Shown here: positions 56,631 through 64,000 of the stretch, one piece after another | Layout: every line of letters starts with the position of its first letter | How positions within the stretch are numbered: position 1 is the stretch's first letter | Origin: an uncultured Ruminococcus sp. | GTDB lineage: Bacteria > Bacillota > Clostridia > Oscillospirales > Acutalibacteraceae | NCBI GenBank assembly: GCA_900543095.1 | Contig: UQQD01000001.1 | Coordinates: 41,836-105,835, forward strand | Direction of reading: 5' to 3' | DNA: 64,000 bases | Made by a program: the position numbers and the translations under genes | The notes under the pieces: generated by a model | What the model saw: only the letters and a program-made list of their open reading frames with translations | Told to the model about the DNA's origin: nothing | The model's database searches: none

Positions 56631-56649
56631 CTTAACGGGAGGAATTGCC

Positions 56650-57264
56650 TTGCTTTGGTTATATATAGTTTCGGGAATATTATTGGCAATCTTCCTTTTG
56701 ATGCTTGTTCCGATAAGCGTTACGGCGACATATGACGAGGACTTTAAGTGCTTGGTTAGAATAGGCTTTGTGCCGATAACGCTTTATCCGCCAAAGCCGA
56801 AAAAAAAGAAAAAAAAGAAACCAAAATCCGAGGGCAACAAACCAAAGGAAGAAAAGCCCAGGGAAAAAAAGCCGAGCCTTATAAAAGAAAAAGGACTTCC
56901 GTGGCTCGTTGATGTTATAAAAAAAGTTTCAGATCTTGCCGTAGGTGCATTAAAGTATTTTTTCAGGCACATAATAATCAGGAAGTTTATGCTGAGTATT
57001 ACGGTTGCAGGAGATGACGCCGCAGACACCGCCGTCAAGTACGGAAAGCTCTGCGCTGCGGTTTATCCCTCTGTCGGTATAATTGCAGGAGCGGCAAGGT
57101 GCAAAAAATACGGAATTGATATAGCTCCCGATTTCGGAAGAGGCGCAAAGACCGAGATAAATATGTATTTAAAGGCAAGGGTGCTGCTTTTGTGGCTTGT
57201 AACGCTTGTGTTCAAGTTTGGAATAAAAGGCTTAAAGCTCTTGTTGGAAATAAAAGAAAATTAA
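56650..57264 (+). CDS. DUF2953 (YtfI-like) membrane protein with poly-Lys segment
   Basis: TTG start with GGGAGG RBS. N-terminal TM segment, a KKKKKKKPK run, and ytfJ downstream. Confidence 0.5.
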   Translation: MLWLYIVSGILLAIFLLMLVPISVTATYDEDFKCLVRIGFVPITLYPPKPKKKKKKKPKSEGNKPKEEKPREKKPSLIKEKGLPWLVDVIKKVSDLAVGALKYFFRHIIIRKFMLSITVAGDDAADTAVKYGKLCAAVYPSVGIIAGAARCKKYGIDIAPDFGRGAKTEINMYLKARVLLLWLVTLVFKFGIKGLKLLLEIKEN

Positions 57265-57296
57265 TAATTCACTATCGGAATTAAGGAGGAAATATT

Positions 57297-57722
57297 ATGG
57301 AACATCCAATCGGAAATCTTATGGATACAACTATGGAAAAGATTAAAGAAATGATAGACGTTAATACTATTATCGGCGAGCCTATAACCTCTGCCGACGG
57401 AACGCTTATCATTCCGGTTTCAAAGGTAAGCTACGGCTTTGCCGCAGGCGGTTCGGATTTGCCTACCAAAAAGGAAAACAAAGATTGCTTCGGCGGCGGC
57501 AGCGGCGCAGGCGTAACTATTCAGCCCGTTGCTTTTTTGACCGTATATCAGGGAGACGTTCGTCTTGTTTCCGTTGACAGCAGCGAGGGTACGGCGGATA
57601 AGCTTATGGATATGATTCCCGATGTTGTCGATACGGTAAAAGGCTTTTTCAAAAAGGACAAAAAAGCAAAAAAGCAAAAAGACGATTTTTCTGAAATAAC
57701 GGTTGACGATATAGACGTGTAA
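57297..57722 (+). CDS. ytfJ: GerW/YtfJ family sporulation protein
   Basis: MEHPIGNLMDTTMEKIKEMIDVNTIIGEPI...IPVSKVSYGFAAGG. Confidence 0.8.
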   Translation: MEHPIGNLMDTTMEKIKEMIDVNTIIGEPITSADGTLIIPVSKVSYGFAAGGSDLPTKKENKDCFGGGSGAGVTIQPVAFLTVYQGDVRLVSVDSSEGTADKLMDMIPDVVDTVKGFFKKDKKAKKQKDDFSEITVDDIDV

Positions 57723-57770
57723 CGTCATAAAGGATATGCCTTTTGCATAAAATATGCAGGGGGTGTCCTT

Positions 57771-58910
57771 ATGAAAAAGGCTGTTTCAGTTTTGCTTTCC
57801 GCTATATTGACCGTGTGCTCGGCGGTTACCGCTTTTGCAGACGAAAGCGACGATCGGGAAGGCTCGCCCGATGTTTCGGCAGAAACCTATGTGCTTTACT
57901 GTGCCGATAACGGACAAATACTTGCCGCAAAGGACGAAAACAAGCGTATGAAGCCTGCAAGCACGACCAAGATAATGACAACTTTGCTTGACCTTGAAGC
58001 GGCTGCGTCCTGCGACGAAACCGTTACATTTACCAAAGAAATGGCCGCCGAGGGCAGTTCTATGTACCTCGAACTCGGCGAAAAGGTCAGGCTGAGCGAC
58101 CTTGCTGTGGGTATGATGATGTCGTCCGGCAACGACGCCGCAAATGCTGCGGCTTTATCTTTGTCGGACAGCTTTGAGGACTTTTCAGAGCTGATGAACG
58201 GGCGTGCAAAGCAGATAGGAATGGATAACACCCATTTTATTACGCCGAGCGGACTGGACGATGACGATCATTATTCAACGGCATATGATATGGCGCTGCT
58301 TATGACATATGCGCTTGAAAACGAAGATTTTGCAAAGCTTTCGGCTAAAAAAAGCGCAAAGGTTGACTTTGTTGAGCCTGAAAAGCATATTACATATTCA
58401 AATCACAACCGCCTTTTGTCACTGTATGAATACTGCATAGGCGGAAAAACGGGCTATACTATGGCGGCAGGCAGATGTCTTGTTTCAGCCGCCCGAAAAG
58501 ACGGTCTTACGCTTGTGTGCGTTACTATGAATGACAGAAACGATTGGGACGACCACATCAAGCTTTACAACTACGGTTTTGACAACTACTTTTCCGAAAA
58601 TTCAAATGACAGCGAGTTTATGGCTGAGATTCCGTGCGTAGGCGGAACGGTCGATACGGTAGATGTTGTCGGGGAAAAGGACATTTCGGTGGTTTTGCCT
58701 GCAAAGGATAAATCTAAGCTTGAACGCAAAGTTTATATAGACAGCTTTCTTTATGCGCCGATAGCCAAAAACCAAACGGTCGGCAGGATAGATTATATAG
58801 TTGACGGCAACCGGGTTGCGAGCGTGAATGTTATTTCGGCAGACAATGTAGAAATAAAGAAAGATAACAGTATATTTAATAAAATTAAGGAACTATTTTC
58901 ATATGGCTAA
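57771..58910 (+). CDS. dacB: D-alanyl-D-alanine carboxypeptidase (sporulation-type DacB-like)
   Basis: Signal peptide plus ASTTK, SGND and KTG motifs. Positioned after scpAB as in Bacillus. Confidence 0.75.
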   Translation: MKKAVSVLLSAILTVCSAVTAFADESDDREGSPDVSAETYVLYCADNGQILAAKDENKRMKPASTTKIMTTLLDLEAAASCDETVTFTKEMAAEGSSMYLELGEKVRLSDLAVGMMMSSGNDAANAAALSLSDSFEDFSELMNGRAKQIGMDNTHFITPSGLDDDDHYSTAYDMALLMTYALENEDFAKLSAKKSAKVDFVEPEKHITYSNHNRLLSLYEYCIGGKTGYTMAAGRCLVSAARKDGLTLVCVTMNDRNDWDDHIKLYNYGFDNYFSENSNDSEFMAEIPCVGGTVDTVDVVGEKDISVVLPAKDKSKLERKVYIDSFLYAPIAKNQTVGRIDYIVDGNRVASVNVISADNVEIKKDNSIFNKIKELFSYG

Positions 58911-59649
58911 AAATGAACCTATAAGACTTCAAAAATTCATTTCTCAGTGCGGCATCGCCTCACGCCGCAAAGCAGAGGAGCTGATACTTAACGGAAGCGT
59001 CAAGGTGAACGGCAAAACGGCGATTCTCGGCGATAAGGTTACGTCTGAGGACAAGGTTTTTATCAAAGGCAAAAGGATAGTTTTGCCTAAGACGAAGTTC
59101 AGATATATTATGCTCAATAAGCCCCGTGGATTTATTACGACGATGAATGATGAGCGCGGCAGAAAATGTGTGGCTCAGCTTGTTGAAAATGTCGGAGAGC
59201 GGGTTTATCCGATAGGCAGGCTTGACAAGGATTCCGAGGGAATGCTGGTGTTCACAAACGACGGTGAATTTGCCAACAAGGTTATGCATCCGAGGAACGG
59301 CGTATATAAAATATACCGAGTTACCGTCCGTCCTTCTGTTGATGAAGAACAGCTTGTAAAGCTCGAAACAGGAGTTGAGCTTGACGGAAAAAAGACTGCG
59401 CCTGCGATAGTTCACGTTATTCACAAGGAGCAGGGCAGAGTGGTGCTTGAAATGATACTGCACGAGGGCAAAAACCGTGAGATACGCAGAATGTGCGAAG
59501 CGGTTGGACTTGAGGTCGCACGCCTTAAGCGCACGCAAATAGGCGGCGTAAAAATGGGTATGCTAAAACAAGGCGATTGGCGTGACCTTACCGAAAACGA
59601 GGTAAAAAAGCTGCTTTCAAATCCCATTGTAAACGGGCGAACAATATGA
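58903..59649 (+). CDS. rluB: 23S rRNA pseudouridine synthase RluB
   Basis: S4 domain (IRLQKFISQCGIASRRKAEELI) plus an RsuA catalytic domain. Confidence 0.85.
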   Translation: MAKNEPIRLQKFISQCGIASRRKAEELILNGSVKVNGKTAILGDKVTSEDKVFIKGKRIVLPKTKFRYIMLNKPRGFITTMNDERGRKCVAQLVENVGERVYPIGRLDKDSEGMLVFTNDGEFANKVMHPRNGVYKIYRVTVRPSVDEEQLVKLETGVELDGKKTAPAIVHVIHKEQGRVVLEMILHEGKNREIRRMCEAVGLEVARLKRTQIGGVKMGMLKQGDWRDLTENEVKKLLSNPIVNGRTI

Positions 59650-59820
59650 TAATTCCATTACAGAAAAATTAACGGATATATATATTCACCGAAATAAAAA
59701 ACTTACAAATATTACAGCATAATTCTTGAACTTTTACAGAATTTGAGATATAATATAAGTTGTGAAATTAGTATGCGGCATTTCTCCGCATATTCAATAC
59801 ATTGTATTGGAGGAATTAAG

Positions 59821-61131
59821 ATGAGTATTGAAAAAATCAATCAGGCAAAATCGGAGATTGCGGCGACCTCCGCATATAAGACGATTACTGATTTTTTTGA
59901 TGAAGGAAGTTTTTGTGAAATCGACGCCTTTACAAAATCCGGCGAAGGTTTTGCTGAAGCAGTTGCAGGCTTTGGCACAGTTGAGGGTATGCCCGTTTAC
60001 GCATTTGCTCAGAACAGCGATATTTGCGGCGGCGCAATGAGCAAGGCTCAGGCTGTAAAGCTCAAAAAGCTTTATTCGCTTGCTCTCAAAACAGGTGCTC
60101 CGATTGTCGGATTCTATGACAGCATAGGCGGAAGACTGCAGCAGGCAACGGAATTACTCGGCGGCTGCGGCGATGTTCTCAACAGTGCAGCATCGTTATC
60201 AGGCGTGGTGCCTCAGATTTCCGTAGTGCTCGGAACCTGTCTCGGTACAAGCGCACTCAATGCGGTAAGCGCCGATTTTGTTATTATGAGTGAAAAAGCT
60301 CAGCTTTCTCTTGATGTAACAGGGGAAAATGCAGACGCAAAATATAACGCAGAACACGGCAATGCCGCAATAGTTGCAAAGGATACTGCCGAGGCTGTTG
60401 AAAAGGCAAAACAGCTTGTACTTTATCTTCCGTCAAACAATCTCAATCTTGCCCCCGAAACCTTTGAAGAAGAACCTTCGGGCGACTGCGGATGCCTTGT
60501 CAGCAAGGTAGTTGACGGCGGCTCAAAGGTTAAGCTGTTTGATGAATACGGTGCAAACGCAAAAACCCGCCTTGCTCATATCGGCGGACAGGTCGTAGGA
60601 ATAGTTAATACAAAAGGCGAGAGCCTTGATTGCAGATCAACTTCAAAGATTGCAAAATTCGTGCGCTTTTGCGATGCCTTTTCAATTCCGGTAATAACAT
60701 TTGCAAATTGCCCCGGATTTGAGTCGCTTGCCTCTGCCGCAAAGCTTGTTTCGGCTTATGCCGAGGCTACAACAGTAAAAATTTCGGTTGTGACCGGTAA
60801 GGCTATCGGTTCCGCATATATTGCGCTTGCAGGTACGGGCGCAAACGCAGACGTGGTTTATGCACTGCCGAACGCAGTTATTTCACCTGTTAATATTGAG
60901 GCGGCCGCATTTATTATGGACGCAGACGAAATGAAGGTTCCTGTTGCCGAGCAAAAGGCTGTTGCCGATAAATTTGCCGAGGAAAATCTTTCTGCTTTCA
61001 ATGCAGGTCAAAACGGTTATGTTGACGGAATCGTAGAAGAAGCCGAATTAAGAAACACACTTATTTCTGCGCTTGATATGCTTTCGGGCAAACGTGTTTC
61101 AACACTTGCAAAGAAACATTCCACTATCTGA
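59821..61131 (+). CDS. Carboxyltransferase (methylmalonyl-CoA carboxyltransferase 12S / acyl-CoA carboxylase beta-like)
   Basis: Two crotonase-like CT subdomains. Start at MSIEK with GGAGG RBS. Confidence 0.75.
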   Translation: MSIEKINQAKSEIAATSAYKTITDFFDEGSFCEIDAFTKSGEGFAEAVAGFGTVEGMPVYAFAQNSDICGGAMSKAQAVKLKKLYSLALKTGAPIVGFYDSIGGRLQQATELLGGCGDVLNSAASLSGVVPQISVVLGTCLGTSALNAVSADFVIMSEKAQLSLDVTGENADAKYNAEHGNAAIVAKDTAEAVEKAKQLVLYLPSNNLNLAPETFEEEPSGDCGCLVSKVVDGGSKVKLFDEYGANAKTRLAHIGGQVVGIVNTKGESLDCRSTSKIAKFVRFCDAFSIPVITFANCPGFESLASAAKLVSAYAEATTVKISVVTGKAIGSAYIALAGTGANADVVYALPNAVISPVNIEAAAFIMDADEMKVPVAEQKAVADKFAEENLSAFNAGQNGYVDGIVEEAELRNTLISALDMLSGKRVSTLAKKHSTI

Positions 61132-61167
61132 TAAATATATAATTGTTAAAATAAAGGGGAAATTAAT

Positions 61168-61530
61168 ATGAAGAATTTGAGAATCACCGTAAACGGTACT
61201 GCATATGACGTACAGGTTGAGGAACTCGGCTCAACAGCCGCAGCTCCTGTTCAGGCTGCCCCTGCTCAGGCAGCTCCGACTCCTGCCGCAAAGCCCGCAC
61301 CAAGCGGCGCCCAGGGTTCAACGGTAATCAAGGCTCCTATGCCCGGTACGGTCGTAAATGTAGTAGTAACCCCCGGTCAGACAGTTAAGTCGGGCGACGA
61401 CCTCGTATTTATTGAGGCAATGAAGATGGAAACACCTGTTAAGGCTGTTAAGGACGGTACAGTAGCAACCGTTGAAGTTGCAAAGGGCGAAGCTGTTGAA
61501 TCAGGAAAGGTTCTTGTAACTCTTAAGTAA
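61168..61530 (+). CDS. Biotin carboxyl carrier protein (1.3S-like) with Ala/Pro linker
   Basis: EAMKMETPV biotinyl-lysine motif. Confidence 0.8.
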   Translation: MKNLRITVNGTAYDVQVEELGSTAAAPVQAAPAQAAPTPAAKPAPSGAQGSTVIKAPMPGTVVNVVVTPGQTVKSGDDLVFIEAMKMETPVKAVKDGTVATVEVAKGEAVESGKVLVTLK

Positions 61531-61724
61531 CCACTGATAAAATCACGCTCGAACGCTGTTTGAAGCTCTTGTATATTTCCCGTCAGCTTGACTAAAAATT
61601 CTCGTAATGCACCTGCATTACTGCGGTTTGTTTGTCCAACCTGACGAAAAATCCGGCAGCGCAATATTTACAAACGATTTAATCAGTGCTTACCCAACTA
61701 AGAAACTCAAAGGGGATAACTATA

Positions 61725-63128
61725 ATGGCAAAGAAAATTAAAATTACCGAAACTGCCCTTCGTGACGCCCACCAGTCGCTTATTGCAACAAGGATGACAA
61801 CAGAAGAAATGCTTCCGATCCTTGACAAGCTCGACAAGGTTGGCTACTATTCGCTTGAATGTTGGGGCGGTGCAACCTATGATGCGTGTCTCAGATTTTT
61901 AAATGAGGACCCGTGGCAGAGATTGCGTACAATCAGAGAGCATTGCCCGAACACAAAGCTTCAAATGCTTTTCAGGGGTCAGAATATGCTTGGATACCGT
62001 CACTATGCCGATGACTGCGTTGAATATCTTGTTCAGCGTTCGATCGCAAACGGTATTGATATAATCCGTATTTTTGACGCATTAAATGACATCAAAAATC
62101 TTCAGACGGCTATCAAGGCGGCAAAAAAAGAGGGCGGTCACGCTCAGGTTGCTATAAGCTATACCACAGGTCCGGTTTTCACCGATGAATACTATGTTGA
62201 TTATGCAAAGAGAATTGCCGATGCAGGTGCAGATTCTATCTGTATTAAGGATATGGCGGCTTTGCTTACACCGTCAAGAACCTACAGCCTTGTAAGGGCT
62301 ATCAAATCGGTGCTTCCCGAGATGCCTGTACAGCTTCATACTCACTACACATCGGGACTTGCCTCAATGTGCTTGTTAAAGGGTGTTGAAGCAGGCGCAG
62401 ACGCTATTGATACGGCAATCAGCCCGCTTGCGCTGGGTACATCGCACGCTCCTACGGAGTCGATGATTGCCGCTTTGAGCGGTACAGAGTACGACACAGG
62501 ACTTGACATAAAGGATTTCACGGATATTCGTGCTTACTTTATGACGCTTCGTGAAAAATATATCGAATCGGGACTTCTTGATACAAAGATGCTTGCAACC
62601 GACGCAAAAGCTCTTATCTATCAGGTTCCCGGCGGTATGCTTTCAAATCTGCTTTCACAGTTAAAGCAGGCAGGTAAAGAGGATCAGCTCGACAAGGTAC
62701 TTGAAGAAGTTCCGAGAGTAAGGAAGGATTCGGGCTATCCGCCGCTTGTTACTCCGACATCTCAGATTGTAGGCACTCAGGCTGTATTCAATGTAATTAC
62801 AGGCGAGCGCTACAAGATTTGCACAAATGAATTCAAAGGTCTTGTTGCAGGCGAATACGGTACAACTCCGATGCCGATTGACCCTGAATTCCAGAAAAAG
62901 ATAATCGGCGACCAAAAGGTTATCACCTGCCGCCCGGCAGATCTGCTTGAGCCTGAACTTGACAAGCTGAGAAGCGAAATTTCCGAATGGATTGAACAGC
63001 CTGAGGACGTTCTCTCATATGCTCAGTTCCCAAAGGTTGCAATAGATTTCTTCAAAAAGAGAAGAAATGCCGAGGTCGGTATTAACGGTGACAAACTCGA
63101 TTCCGAAAATATGATTCACCCCGTTTAA
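61725..63128 (+). CDS. Pyruvate/oxaloacetate carboxyltransferase subunit (5S / OadA-like) lacking biotinyl domain
   Basis: MAKKIKITETALRDAHQSL HMGL-like TIM barrel. No C-terminal AMKM domain. Confidence 0.8.
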   Translation: MAKKIKITETALRDAHQSLIATRMTTEEMLPILDKLDKVGYYSLECWGGATYDACLRFLNEDPWQRLRTIREHCPNTKLQMLFRGQNMLGYRHYADDCVEYLVQRSIANGIDIIRIFDALNDIKNLQTAIKAAKKEGGHAQVAISYTTGPVFTDEYYVDYAKRIADAGADSICIKDMAALLTPSRTYSLVRAIKSVLPEMPVQLHTHYTSGLASMCLLKGVEAGADAIDTAISPLALGTSHAPTESMIAALSGTEYDTGLDIKDFTDIRAYFMTLREKYIESGLLDTKMLATDAKALIYQVPGGMLSNLLSQLKQAGKEDQLDKVLEEVPRVRKDSGYPPLVTPTSQIVGTQAVFNVITGERYKICTNEFKGLVAGEYGTTPMPIDPEFQKKIIGDQKVITCRPADLLEPELDKLRSEISEWIEQPEDVLSYAQFPKVAIDFFKKRRNAEVGINGDKLDSENMIHPV

Positions 63129-63134
63129 TGTTTG

Positions 63135-63233
63135 TTTAAATCTGAGCAACGCTTGCGGTACTTGCGCTGTTTGTAATCTGGTCGCAAGCTCTGCACTTTG
63201 CAGGTAAAGCAAAGCCTTGCTCCGATTTAAATT
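63135..63233 (+). repeat. Family-1 element, copy G (diverged 5' box)
   Basis: AATCTGAGCAACG ... TTTGTAATCTGGTCGCAAGC ... AAAGCAAAGCC TTGCTCCGATTTAAAT. Confidence 0.6.
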
Positions 63234-63243
63234 CGATAAAAAA

Positions 63244-63310
63244 TAAAAGCTATAATTCATATCATCTCCATCATGGTTGCTGATTATGAATTATAGCTTT
63301 TTGTTTTGCG
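63244..63310. terminator. Bidirectional terminator (perfect 17-bp inverted repeat + T-run)
   Basis: AAAAGCTATAATTCATA ... TATGAATTATAGCTTTTTGTTTT between convergent genes. Confidence 0.7.
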
Positions 63311-63356
63311 CTGCGCTAAATGCGGCAGTCGTTTTTATGTGTTTTGAAAGCAGAAA

Positions 63357-64000
63357 TTATTTGTTTCCTGCAATGTGCTTTTGAATTGCCGTTGCATCCG
63401 AAACGCTTATTTTGCCGTCACGATTAAAGTCGGCATTGCGTTTTGCCTTGTCGCTGAGTTCTGTTTTTTGAGCAATGTACTTTTGAATTTCCGTTGCGTC
63501 TCTGACGTTGATTTTTCCGTTGAGATCAACGTCGCCGAGTAAAGCGTCTGTTTTGGTTGTAACGGCTTTAATAACAAATGTTCCGCCGATGTCATCGCCG
63601 TTGTTCGTTTTATACCAGTCCATAAGGTCGGTCATAGTGTTGTCGTAATAAATATAGCTTTCATCGTATTTTGAATCGTTGATGAATACATAAGTGCCCT
63701 TTTGACTGTTGACAAGCCATTCGCCTACGCCTATGGAATTGTTTTTGCCGATGTTTGATGAATTAATATCCACCGCTATTGAGCCTGAGCCTTCAGGCAG
63801 TTCAAAATCGTCAATATCGGCGCAGATATATCCGTTGTAATCAACCGTTCCGCTGAAGAGCTTTTCCCACTCTGCCTTGTCCGAAGAGGGTTTGTCGGAA
63901 ACAGTCGGTACATAATAAATATCATAGTCGGCGCCCAGACATTCGGTTTTGAATATAACCTTGTCAAGGGTGCTGTAGTCATCGGAAAAATCAAATTTGT
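63357..64000 (-). CDS. Dockerin-containing secreted protein, N-terminus beyond window
   Basis: C-terminal dockerin GDVDLNGKINVRDATEIQKYI...DFNRDGKISVSDATAIQKHI. The frame stays open upstream past 63773 to the window end. Confidence 0.6.
   Translation of the reverse strand, partial: KFDFSDDYSTLDKVIFKTECLGADYDIYYVPTVSDKPSSDKAEWEKLFSGTVDYNGYICADIDDFELPEGSGSIAVDINSSNIGKNNSIGVGEWLVNSQKGTYVFINDSKYDESYIYYDNTMTDLMDWYKTNNGDDIGGTFVIKAVTTKTDALLGDVDLNGKINVRDATEIQKYIAQKTELSDKAKRNADFNRDGKISVSDATAIQKHIAGNK

Noticed and set aside
56416-56649. 5' part of ORF 56416..57264 overlapping scpB in another frame
   Set aside because: The real gene most likely starts at TTG 56650, which has a GGGAGG RBS after the scpB stop. 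The upstream extension is a frame artifact.

Overview
This 64-kb window reads as chromosomal DNA from a low-GC, spore-forming Clostridia member, probably Ruminococcus or Oscillospiraceae-like given the dockerin and cohesin-like surface proteins. Most genes are ordinary housekeeping and lipid metabolism. Between 39.3 and 48.6 kb there is a coherent lipid-remodelling island: PlsX, a FakA-like DAK2 protein, two DegV/FakB proteins, an alpha/beta hydrolase, an AMP-ligase fused to a carrier domain, two PlsC-like acyltransferases and an ACP. Two accessory regions (28.4-36 kb and 48.6-53.6 kb) encode cell-surface proteins. These include an M4 metalloprotease, a 1255-aa protease/beta-helix/dockerin protein, cohesin-like proteins with atypical xKTG sorting signals, and zinc-ribbon Q/P-repeat proteins. 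The most unusual signal is in the intergenic DNA. A modular, structured element occurs in at least 8 copies on both strands, four of them within 1.4 kb flanking nrdR and a 74-aa ORF. Each copy has a conserved 5' box (extended -10 TGnTATAAT fused to CTAAGTGCAG), a conserved 3' box (TTGCTCCGATTTAAAT), a conserved palindromic core (GCTTGCAATCTGTCGCAAGC) and variable internal hairpins that show compensatory base changes. Most copies sit immediately upstream of genes, so they look like promoter-plus-leader modules. A second, related element family occurs as an inverted pair after dockerin genes. A 650-bp hairpin-dense non-coding gap downstream of rpmB may hold a further structured RNA.
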